From a virus (taxonomy: Duplodnaviria > Caudoviricetes): 64,000 nt of DNA. Position 1 is the stretch's first letter. Every line of letters starts with the position of its first letter. Positions 53,426-63,049 of this stretch are shown here, in pieces. The position numbers and the translations under genes were made by a program. The DNA is taken from the IMG/VR virus record IMGVR_UViG_3300035498_000745, positions 25,799 to 89,798 of that record, one strand, 5' to 3'. Under the pieces are notes generated by a model, which did not search any database, was not told the origin of the DNA, and saw only the letters and a list, made by a program, of their open reading frames with translations.

Positions 53426-54595
53426 ATGAAAGATACCAAAGCAATACTAGATATTGCTTATGCAGAATGTGAAACTAAAATTAAATCTAATATCCAAGGA
53501 TATAAAAAATTTGTATCTAAATTTATGAGTGATAGAAGTAGTCAACTATATTCTAATATGCCAGCAGAACAAATCTATTTTACTGGTAAAGATGTAGATG
53601 ATTTTTTTATTGCAACTAAGATTGATAAAAGCATTATTACAAATGCTATTCAGCATACTTATTATTCTGAGATAGCAAACTTCAATCCTAGATATGCTAA
53701 AGATGAATGTACTATTGCTATGCTTTGTCTTGTAAGATATTTTAAATCAAAGAATATGACTAAAGAATTAGACTTAGCAATTGTTACTATGGCATTTAGT
53801 GGTAAATTCTATCCTAGCATATGGTATGGTTCATTTCCTACAGCTGCTCCTCAGGAACATGTGATGGATTATGTAATAAATAATATGTGTAATAATAAAT
53901 ATGATATTGTACGTGAAGGAAATGTTATTGGAGCTATTAGATCTATATCAAGAACTTGGTTAGATTCTTATGCTGATAGATTCAAGAAATTTCATGATGA
54001 AGATTGTCAATATCTTGTACAGCAATTACACAATAGAATTAGATCATTCATGAATAACATTGCTGAATTGTATTATGAAGCTGTAAAAAATAAAGACGTA
54101 TATATGACTTACGATTCTGATGATATATCTGAAGATAATTATCGTCTAGCTGATTCTGATGTATTTAAGATGGAACGTATTGTTGCAAATACAATGACTA
54201 ATATTAGTACTCATGGAATAAATTATAAAGCTTGTAAAATGTCTTCGAATGAATATGTGAAGATGGATGAGCTTAAGAGTATAATTGAGAATATCATAAG
54301 TAATAATGATAATACTCCTTTGATAAAAGAATACATAACTTTGATGGTTGCTTGTTATTTTCAAGATCATTCCAATAAAGATATTGGAGACTTGGATTTT
54401 GTAAGTTATTCAATTAAAGCTAAACCTAACTCAAAAAATAAATATGTAATAAGACAAAAAGAATTGATTAATTTAATTTTGATTAATAATTCTGAACACT
54501 TTATGCGTAGACGTAATAGACTTGCAACAGAATCTGCATACTATCGAGCATTCAATGCTTACTTTGCATTACTAATTCAAGAGAGTAATAATTGA
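53426..54595 (+). CDS. Hypothetical helical protein (late-type promoter)
   Basis: 389 aa, AGGAGGT RBS, GACA-N6-TA at 53387. Confidence 0.8.
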   Translation: MKDTKAILDIAYAECETKIKSNIQGYKKFVSKFMSDRSSQLYSNMPAEQIYFTGKDVDDFFIATKIDKSIITNAIQHTYYSEIANFNPRYAKDECTIAMLCLVRYFKSKNMTKELDLAIVTMAFSGKFYPSIWYGSFPTAAPQEHVMDYVINNMCNNKYDIVREGNVIGAIRSISRTWLDSYADRFKKFHDEDCQYLVQQLHNRIRSFMNNIAELYYEAVKNKDVYMTYDSDDISEDNYRLADSDVFKMERIVANTMTNISTHGINYKACKMSSNEYVKMDELKSIIENIISNNDNTPLIKEYITLMVACYFQDHSNKDIGDLDFVSYSIKAKPNSKNKYVIRQKELINLILINNSEHFMRRRNRLATESAYYRAFNAYFALLIQESNN

Positions 54596-54639
54596 CAAAA
54601 TATTCTCCATTGGATATACTCCAATGGAGATTTTTATTT

Positions 54640-54870
54640 TAAATTTTCTACTCCCCCTGTTTCAAGTTTTTCAAGGTATTATTAAATTATTAATAAATTA
54701 TTATTATATTATTATTAATAATATTATTATAATATTTTAATAATTTATAATTATTTAGTAGTAATTATATAGTTGTAACTAATTAACTACAACTAATTAG
54801 TTTAATACCCTGTTCCCAGTCCCCCCTTACCCCCATGTTACATACAGTTGTAAAAAAATATTTTTTTACA
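54640..54870 (-). other. Candidate replication origin: G-quadruplex motif next to a very AT-rich tract
   Basis: Minus strand GGGGG-TAA-GGGGGG-ACT-GGG-AACA-GGG (54808..54834); about 80 nt of pure A/T at ~54677..54757; flanked by two terminator hairpins. Confidence 0.4.
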
Positions 54871-54911
54871 AAAAATATACCCCAGATGGATATTTACCAT
54901 CTGGGATTTTA

Positions 54912-55574
54912 TTATTTTTTTACTATTTTACACATGATTTTATTTACCATATTCTTATTCGAATTGATTTTAGAATTTTCATCGATCTCTACTAGATAAG
55001 GAATATAAATATCTTCATTATTTTCTTTATAATACAAATAATCATCAGCACTCAATGGTATTTCCTCTGCTGTTTCTCTTTCATATTCCTCTTTAGTATC
55101 ATAATCTCCAATATAATATTCATGATATTTTGTTTCTGTATTTAAAAGAAGTTCACTATCATGAATATAATAATGCTCCTGGAAACCTACCCCAGGTTCA
55201 GCAGATACTATCTCAATTTCAAGTTTCAATCTCTCAGCTTCAAGCATGATGTTTGTAGAATGCTCTAAATGAAGCTTAATGTTTTCGTCATTTAAATCAG
55301 CGTCCTCAGGTATGCAGTCACGGTAGTATGAGAATGGCCCATCCATCATACAGCAATAAATTGACCATGCGCACTCCACCTCCACTTCCATAGTCTTCAA
55401 AACGCCTTTTTGCTCACACCAGATGTCCCAGACATCAAAAATGCGGTAAAAGTGTTTTTGTTTGGAAAATTCCTTTGTGATGTAATTATAGTCAGCATCA
55501 AGTATTCTTCTGAACTCGTCTACGTTATCTTTATATCCTCTAAATACAATTCTAGCGTCACAATAATTAGGCAT
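54912..55574 (-). CDS. DUF1281/Api92-like (ferredoxin-like fold) phage protein
   Basis: N-terminal MPNYC, ECAWS and EPGVGF motifs. Confidence 0.65.
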   Translation of the reverse strand: MPNYCDARIVFRGYKDNVDEFRRILDADYNYITKEFSKQKHFYRIFDVWDIWCEQKGVLKTMEVEVECAWSIYCCMMDGPFSYYRDCIPEDADLNDENIKLHLEHSTNIMLEAERLKLEIEIVSAEPGVGFQEHYYIHDSELLLNTETKYHEYYIGDYDTKEEYERETAEEIPLSADDYLYYKENNEDIYIPYLVEIDENSKINSNKNMVNKIMCKIVKK

Positions 55575-55589
55575 AATAAAATTCTCCTT

Positions 55590-55775
55590 TTAAAATAAAA
55601 TATTATCATAATCTTCTTTATTAAAAGTAAGTGTTTCTCCACTATCTTTATTTGAGATTATGAGTTCTGTAGATGTATTTTTTAGATAATACCATCCATC
55701 TGGATTTATATTCCTCTTATCCAAAAAATCCATCATTCTTCTGGTTAATTTCTTCCCCTTCATTATTAATTTCAC
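55590..55775 (-). CDS. Small hypothetical protein
   Basis: GGAGGTG RBS; GKKLTRRM..FL....INPDGW pattern seen in small Firmicute phage proteins. Confidence 0.7.
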   Translation of the reverse strand: MKLIMKGKKLTRRMMDFLDKRNINPDGWYYLKNTSTELIISNKDSGETLTFNKEDYDNILF

Positions 55776-55827
55776 CTCCTCATATATGTAAATAATTAGA
55801 GGCTGGAATACACCCAGCCTCTTAAAT

Positions 55828-58686
55828 TTAACCTCTTATAAGTTCAGCTTTAATTATCCCTTCTTTACACAGTTTTACTCCTGTAGATATTGAGGATCCT
55901 ACAGGAATACTATCAGTCTCTATCTCAATAACCTCATCTTGTCTTATAATCCTAATCTTGGAATTATTTATACATGAGAATATCTTCTTTATATAATCTC
56001 CCCTACCAAGCTTAATCACAGAATAACCTGTTTTATTAGTAGCACTTCTTTCCAATGCAGATTGACTTATTCTATTAAATCTACCTTTGGCTGTAACTAC
56101 AATGATACTATTAGTTTCAGCTGTAATTACGGATATTCCATCTACTGGATCTTTAGATCTTATAGATATATTTCCTAAGGTTGCTCTTTTAAGATATGGA
56201 ATAGAATCCATAGAAATTCTTAAAGCTTTAGACTTAGTATACACTACTATATCGGATCTATGACTTGCAATCAATACCTCACATACTTCATCGCCCTGAT
56301 TAAGTTTTGAGTAAATAACTCCAGAAGACGTAGCAGTTATCATGTCAGCAAGATCAATCTTCTTGATCAATCCTCCTCTGGTAACAATAACCAGATAATA
56401 CTTAGATTTTCTTTCGTTAAGATCTTCTAGTATTGGAAGATACATTACGCTTATGATATTACTTGTAAGCTTCTTTACAAGTAATCTTATATCAATTCCA
56501 GGAGAATTCCTTTCAGTAAACGCAATATTATTAATTGGTAATCTGAATACCTTACCCATCTGATCGAATAATAAGATATCCTTAGAATTATCTCCAATTA
56601 TAATATACTTAGCCTGATCTCCTCTAAATGCTCTATATGGGTCTGCTACCTGCATCTTCTTAACAAAATTCTGTTCAGTAACAATAACTTTGAATTCTCC
56701 CTCAGGAATATTAGAAGCTTCAGCTTCAGAAATTAATACAGATCTTCTAGGTATACCATAAGCATTCTTGATAGCTAATAATTCATTCTCAATCTCAATA
56801 TCAATCAACGATGGATTGGTTATGATATTAGTTAATGATTTTTCATCTGAAAGAAGATTCTTCTGTTCTTCTTTATACTTATCAAGATGACCTTTAGATA
56901 ACCTACCAATCTCTGTATGGAGAATAAACTTAGCCTGTAAATCTGTTATCTTAAGTTTATTCATTAACCAATTTACAAGATAATCTTCTTCCATAGAATT
57001 CTGATTACGAATCATATGAATAATATTCTCTACATCTCCAGATTCAAGAATCTTTATATATACTTCAATCTGATGTAATCTTGTTTCTACTTTCTGAAGT
57101 CTTGCATTATACAGTCTAAACTTAACAGACCTTCTGTATTCAATGAAGTATGATATATATGTCTTATAACTAATATGCCTAAGCTCAACTCCATCTATAA
57201 CTTCCATATTTACTCTCTTCTGATCCTGAAGCTGAGTATTATTATAAAGAACCTGTTTGGTATAATTAGAATCTGCACCCTTCTTCATCATAACCCATAT
57301 GTCTAACTCTTGTTCTGTTGAATGATCCTGAATATCATCAACGCCAATGAGTTTATTATTCTTTATAAGATCTTCTATATCTTCCATTATTTTATTTGGG
57401 AATATTAAATCTGGTACTGATCTAATATGAAGAATAGATGCTCCATTCTTAAGATTCTCTATCTCTATAATTCCTCTCTGAGTATAATACCCAAATCCCA
57501 TATTAGATATCTTCTTCCAATCAGTATCTATGATTTCACATTTATGACATGGGTCAGGAATCAATACTACTTTTGCTCTTGGATTATGAAGTACATTAAT
57601 TGTAGCATCAATAACATCATTTAGAGAATGCTTAGGAATCTCTATCTTATGACCAATAGCAATACCAAAACTACCATTTACAAGAAGTAATGGAATTTGT
57701 ACTGGTAAACTCTCAGGTTCAATTGTATGGTTATCGAATGTATTCTGCCAATCTACTACCTGTCTAGATTCAGCTAATTCTCCAATTACACAATCTAAAG
57801 AGAATTTAGATAAGTATGATTCTGTATATCGCATTGCTGCTTGAGGACCACCCTGCATAGAACCTGAGTTTGAATCATACACAATAAGCGGTACCTTTAT
57901 CTCAAACCAGTTAGTCATACATTTCATTGCTTCATATACTGCTGAGTTATGAAGACAAACAGCATCAATACAATCAGTTTTGCTATTATCTTCATCATAT
58001 AAAGCAAATAATGCATTACTTGTTTCATCTACGGTGAAATCATACATTGGTACTTTACATACATATTCTATCCATATATTGGAAATTTTTACGCAAGAAT
58101 CACAACTTGTTACTTTATGATAATCATAATGGTATAACTTCTTTACCATTACTTCTGTATTCACAGTAAGATTTTCTGCTTTAATATAAGATCCTGTGTT
58201 AAGCATAAATGGATGATTAGATGTACATTTGATTTCTGTACCGTTAGAAAATTTCACATGATATATTTTATCAGTATACTGACCAATTCTAATATCATGC
58301 ATAATAACATTTTTTACTTCAAGAGTTTCTGGATCTATACCACAAGCCTCAATTGTTGTAATTCCATTTTCATATAGACCACCAATCTCTCTTAGTAACC
58401 CATCTGGGCATACAATAAGTGTATCCTCAAATAGACAATCACCATGTGCGTGATATTTAGCAATTACTGTACCTACAGTATTAGCTGATTTTCTTTTAGT
58501 TGCGTTTGAAATGCATTTAATATCATTCCACATAGCGTACAGAGTTCTTCTCTGTACTGGTTTTAATCCATCCCTTATATCAGGGACATATCTACTATAT
58601 AATACATACAAGCTATAACGTATCATATTATTATCATACGTTTCTCTAAAATCTACTTGCACTATATTATCCTTTTTAGGTTTCAT
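55828..58686 (-). CDS. gyrA: Type IIA topoisomerase subunit A (GyrA/ParC-like) containing an intein
   Basis: PDIRDGLKPVQRR, KSA, YHAHGD|S, catalytic AAMRYTE, LLVNGSFGIA, beta-pinwheel C-terminal repeats; no clear GyrA-box. Confidence 0.92.
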   Translation of the reverse strand: MKPKKDNIVQVDFRETYDNNMIRYSLYVLYSRYVPDIRDGLKPVQRRTLYAMWNDIKCISNATKRKSANTVGTVIAKYHAHGDCLFEDTLIVCPDGLLREIGGLYENGITTIEACGIDPETLEVKNVIMHDIRIGQYTDKIYHVKFSNGTEIKCTSNHPFMLNTGSYIKAENLTVNTEVMVKKLYHYDYHKVTSCDSCVKISNIWIEYVCKVPMYDFTVDETSNALFALYDEDNSKTDCIDAVCLHNSAVYEAMKCMTNWFEIKVPLIVYDSNSGSMQGGPQAAMRYTESYLSKFSLDCVIGELAESRQVVDWQNTFDNHTIEPESLPVQIPLLLVNGSFGIAIGHKIEIPKHSLNDVIDATINVLHNPRAKVVLIPDPCHKCEIIDTDWKKISNMGFGYYTQRGIIEIENLKNGASILHIRSVPDLIFPNKIMEDIEDLIKNNKLIGVDDIQDHSTEQELDIWVMMKKGADSNYTKQVLYNNTQLQDQKRVNMEVIDGVELRHISYKTYISYFIEYRRSVKFRLYNARLQKVETRLHQIEVYIKILESGDVENIIHMIRNQNSMEEDYLVNWLMNKLKITDLQAKFILHTEIGRLSKGHLDKYKEEQKNLLSDEKSLTNIITNPSLIDIEIENELLAIKNAYGIPRRSVLISEAEASNIPEGEFKVIVTEQNFVKKMQVADPYRAFRGDQAKYIIIGDNSKDILLFDQMGKVFRLPINNIAFTERNSPGIDIRLLVKKLTSNIISVMYLPILEDLNERKSKYYLVIVTRGGLIKKIDLADMITATSSGVIYSKLNQGDEVCEVLIASHRSDIVVYTKSKALRISMDSIPYLKRATLGNISIRSKDPVDGISVITAETNSIIVVTAKGRFNRISQSALERSATNKTGYSVIKLGRGDYIKKIFSCINNSKIRIIRQDEVIEIETDSIPVGSSISTGVKLCKEGIIKAELIRG
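57946..58437 (-). mobile_element. Mini-intein (164 aa, no endonuclease) in GyrA
   Basis: Begins CLFEDT after HGD, block B CTSNHPF, block F MYDFTV, ends LHN followed by Ser; removal restores HAHGDSAVY. Confidence 0.92.
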
Positions 58687-58849
58687 TTAAACACCTCCAC
58701 TTTAATTTCTAAATTATTTATTTGTATCTAACACATCAAATTTATAATATATAATCATTTGATGATTTACAAAACTTATACGGGTAGAAAAGCTCTACCC
58801 GTATAGTTTTAAGATAGTAGTAAAGTAAATTATTATAGAAGGTGTCATT

Positions 58850-59548
58850 TTAATTTACAGCTCTGCCAGATACAACATTCGATACAGGATGCTCGTTTGG
58901 TGCTGATTGAACCTCATCAGGATCAACTTCAAGCTCTTCAGATTCAGATGGAGTTTCATCTTCATCTTCAGTAACTAATACAGCTTTTGTGTCATACTCA
59001 TTATATCTTGCATCTGCTTCTTCTGTTGTCTCAGCAGTAGCTGTCTCTTCATCTTCCGGATCCATATTAAGCTCTCCGGCATCTTTGATTACTAACTTGA
59101 TAATTGTACCAAGTGATTCTTTATATGTAGTAATAATTGGAACTACAATTGGGTTCTTGAATGTATCAATAACACTCTTGCTGCCATTAAAAATTACAGT
59201 CTGGAATGTATTACTCTCAAGATCGAATTTATGGATATAACCTACAGTACTAACACGATCATCCTGTTCATTTTCCTGTGTGTTAATATCTTTTCTATAT
59301 GCACTAAGCGGGAAACTAATTTTGTCGAATTTAATTGACTGGATTACGGCAGTTACTTCCACTCTAATCTTATCAGAAATATCCACAGGAATATAGAGTG
59401 CAGCTGTTGTGTACTTGGTTCCACCATTAGTAGGCTTTTCATTGAATGCATCATTTTGTTTTCTCTTACTAAATTTCTTATTCTTTGCCATTTTTACTAC
59501 CTCCACATTATATAGTTTATAGGTGCACGCACTGGCTATGGTACGCAA
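58850..59548 (-). CDS. Hypothetical protein with basic N-terminus and acidic tail
   Basis: GGAGG RBS favours the MAKNKK start (~59491). Confidence 0.75.
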   Translation of the reverse strand: MRTIASACTYKLYNVEVVKMAKNKKFSKRKQNDAFNEKPTNGGTKYTTAALYIPVDISDKIRVEVTAVIQSIKFDKISFPLSAYRKDINTQENEQDDRVSTVGYIHKFDLESNTFQTVIFNGSKSVIDTFKNPIVVPIITTYKESLGTIIKLVIKDAGELNMDPEDEETATAETTEEADARYNEYDTKAVLVTEDEDETPSESEELEVDPDEVQSAPNEHPVSNVVSGRAVN

Positions 59549-59612
59549 TACTTATATGTATGCTAATTATTATTTGTTTACATTCAATTAATACGTATAT
59601 GGAGGTGACTTT

Positions 59613-59966
59613 ATGAACAATCAATACTCAAGTGAATACCCAGAAATAGTCATTGATCAAACGACGAATTCTCCTAACAGTAATATGAGTATAAGACTCA
59701 CAGTAGAGCAATATCATGATCTGTTACATCATACTCATAAGGTAGTAGATTTAGTTGGTAATGATAAAGTAGCATCAACAGAAGATGTTGCTGAATTGAA
59801 AGAATCATCAACTAAATTATCAGAATCAATATCTACACTTGAATCTAAATTAGAGGAATTAAGTAATAAGCTTAATACTTATATTGAAAATGATATTGGG
59901 GTGTTGGATTATGATGCAACTAAACCAGGAATTCAAGATGAGGACGGTAATACAGTAGAAGAATAA
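59613..59966 (+). CDS. Hypothetical small coiled-coil protein
   Basis: 117 aa, GGAGGTG RBS, TACA-N6-TA upstream. Confidence 0.75.
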   Translation: MNNQYSSEYPEIVIDQTTNSPNSNMSIRLTVEQYHDLLHHTHKVVDLVGNDKVASTEDVAELKESSTKLSESISTLESKLEELSNKLNTYIENDIGVLDYDATKPGIQDEDGNTVEE

Positions 59967-59993
59967 AAAATAATAATCTTTATAAAAATAAGT

Positions 59994-60022
59994 TTACCCA
60001 TAGGGAAATTCCCTATGGGTAA
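59994..60022. terminator. Hairpin terminator between convergent genes
   Basis: TTACCCATAGGGAA-a-TTCCCTATGGGTAA. Confidence 0.75.
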
Positions 60023-60026
60023 TCTA

Positions 60027-62904
60027 TTATATAATATCTTCTTTTCTGATTTTACCTACATTCTTTAAGAATGCTGATTTATCACTCTGAATATCTTTTA
60101 TATAATTTAATTGCTTTTTCACATCATCTATTGTATACTGCTTAAGAACTCTACCTTCACCTGGAAGTATTGTAGAAATTCCTAATTGTTTTGGCGGCAT
60201 TTCCAGTGTCTTCACGAGAGTCGTTAATTCCCGCAGTTCTCTTATGAACTTCCTTGGTATTTCTCCAAGAGTTGAGACTATATCACATACCATTACTGGT
60301 ATCTCTTCCACTTCCATTTAAGGGATTCTCACCCACCTACTTAGGTCGTACTCCTATAGACGAATTTCACGTCCCGTATAGGGGATAGTCGTTGAGCTTA
60401 ACCTTGTTCAATTGCTTTTATAGTACACATTTGTTTAGGATTTATGTTATACTTTATAAGATCTTCAATAATAGTAAACGGGCCACATCTATTAGATTGA
60501 AGTATAGTTTTATTTTGTATTAAATTCTTTACATCCATTGCAACACCTTCTTTCAAAAATATTGCAATCAAACAAAGTGTTAGTCGCTGATCGCACATTG
60601 TAATAGATTTTAGGACTTAGAATACTGCCAATTATTCTAAGCTTTTATTTCACCATGATCCATCTCGGTACTTTGTTTCTATCTTTCGATTCCATATAGG
60701 CTCCCGAGCTTTAGCATTTCCCAGCTATTCAAAAGAGTTTTCATCACACTATTACTAGTATAATGGGGCAAAAGTCTACCCAATCCTTTATATCGTGTTA
60801 ACGATTTAGGTTCAAATGATGAGAAAGCAAGCATCAAATCATATATTGTTGATTTAACACCATTAATTATAAAGTATTCATCTGATCTATTGATAAGATT
60901 AATTAATGGTTGAGCATCAGCAAATAGTGTAGGGGTACAGAATACTGTCTGATATTTCGATCCTACTAAACCTTTGATCATAATTGTTCCGTTTTCGATA
61001 CTTACAGTTGTAAACTTATACTGTTTTTCTATAGCTTTCTTAAATTTCTTATAGTCTTTGAATAAATCCAAATTATATAAGATATATTCAAGAAGCCATG
61101 GATCAATAGAATAAGTACTAGATACATGATTCAAGTACTTTACATAATCCATGTTGTTATATAGAATCTTGGTAATCTCTTTCTTAGTAAGAATCTTACC
61201 TTTAGAAGATTGAATTTCATTATCTTTACAGAACAGATCTTGAACGTATTCAATATAATCTATATTATCTGTAAAGAATTTCATCCTATCTTTACCAAGA
61301 CTAATTCCGTACAATGGCGGATTAGCACAATATAATTTACCTTCTGTAATAGCGAAAGGGAAATAGATAAGAAACATCATCATTATTAATGATTCGATAT
61401 GTTTCCCATCAGCATCTGCATCTGTAGCAATAATTACTTTAGATGGTTTAAATTTCTCTGGATCGAAATTCTTCTGGTACGTATTATAACCCAAGATTTT
61501 CACTATACCAGCAATCTCTTGATTAGCGAAAAACTTCTTAGGTGGAGTTGTTGCTGCATTAAGAATCTTTCCTCTAATTGGAAATAATCCTTGAGTCTGT
61601 TTATCTCTATTATTCTCCATACCAGATATTGCTGAATCACCCTCACCAATGATCAACTCAAATGGTCCTCTGCCGTTAGGTTTCTTATATTTTGCTGGTA
61701 ATCCTGTAACTGCTGATGATTCATATTTATCAGACATCTTTATCTTTTCACCCTCAGATTTAATTCTGATTTCGCATATCTCTTTAAGATATTTAGAGAT
61801 CTTCTGTAAATCTGATGGATTAGATTTACCCCATTCTGTTAATGCTTTTAATGTTACTGAATATGCAAATGGTTTCATATCCTCTTTAGAGAATACATCT
61901 TTAGATTGACCTTGGAATAATCCCTTTATATGACAACAGGATACTACTCCTCTTAATCCTGTACGAATATCCTGTGCTGTCACTGTAAGTTTCTTATTAT
62001 TAGCAAGATATATCTTATTCATATAATCTCTAAAATATTTTACTACTGCATCTAAGAAACCATCTACATGAGTACCTGTTGAAGTTGGGCACATGTTTGC
62101 GAAGTTCATTATTTTAGCTTCGTCCATATTTTTAATATCATATGTCAATAATGCCTCTATCTTCATAGTACCATTATCTTCAGAAAAGTATATTGGTTCA
62201 AATACTTTCTTTTCACAAATAGAATCTATGAACTCATAAATACCTTTGGTATTCTTTATAGTAACTGCCTTCTTCTGGTTCATAGAATTTATCGCATTAA
62301 AACGAATGGTAGTACCAATCTTACACAGATTACATAATAACCATGTAAGATGATATAACTCTTCATCGGTTACTGTAATTTCACCCATCATATCTGATGG
62401 AGCGAAAAATGTCATAAGCCCATGTTTATTCTTTGGGCATTTTATCTTAGATTCTTTTTTAAGTCTGCCCTCCTCAAATTCTACTCTAGCTGCCTTACCA
62501 TCCATACGATAAGATTCTACTATAAAGAATTTAGATAAATAATTAGTTATAGTAGCACCCATACCATTTTTACCAGAAGAATAATCTCCTGAACCTTCAA
62601 TCTTATCATAATTAGATGAAGAATGAAGAACAGAAAATACTGGAGCAAGCATATCTAAATCGATGCCCTGACCATTATCTTCTATAATACAACCATGGTT
62701 TCTCATATCGTATGAAACGATAACGTTCTTATCAAGAGTATTACCCTTGATTATTTCGTCTAAAGAGTTTTGTAATATCTCTCTAAACATATTCTTATAT
62801 CCTGCGTTACCTAGAGCTCCGATATATACATCAGGCAGTTTTCTTACTGCCTCAATATCATCATCCAAAATCTGGATTTTCTTTTGTTGGTTTATTCCAT
62901 CCAT
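60027..62904 (-). CDS. gyrB: Type IIA topoisomerase subunit B; join(60778..62904,60027..60203), ~767 aa
   Basis: GHKL motifs EILQNSLDE, DNGQGI, GKNGMG; Toprim EGDSA, PIRGKILN, DADADG; splicing restores RYKGLG|EM. Confidence 0.93.
60204..60777 (-). mobile_element. Group I intron (574 nt) in gyrB
   Basis: P1 GGGT|AGA..TTTGCCC with U-G; conserved core; ends GAAGACACTG. Confidence 0.92.
60398..60538 (-). pseudogene. Internally deleted homing endonuclease remnant (46 aa) in the gyrB intron
   Basis: RBS plus MDVKNLIQNKTILQSNRCGPFTIIEDL (cf. YKSKKCGEYEIL of 15444..15956), fused in frame to a C-terminal NPKQMCTIKAIEQG*. Confidence 0.65.
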
Positions 62905-63049
62905 GATACACCCACCTTTCTTAATTTTTTTAGCATTAATTCTAAGTTTGCTATACTAATAAAAAAGTATTTTTTGAAGAGCACAAATAGGGCTATAGGC
63001 CATTTGCCTATAGCCCCAATATATTGTTCTCTTACAAGATGCATCAAAA

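Noticed and set aside
60270-60317. 'PVMVCDIV' in ORF 60027..60317 as another copy of the peptide tag
   Set aside because: It is translated intron core (S element, GATATAGTCT), not real coding sequence.
9350-62904. Stop-codon reassignment as the cause of fragmented core genes
   Set aside because: Standard-code ORFs are long and tightly packed, and every break coincides with an intron core.
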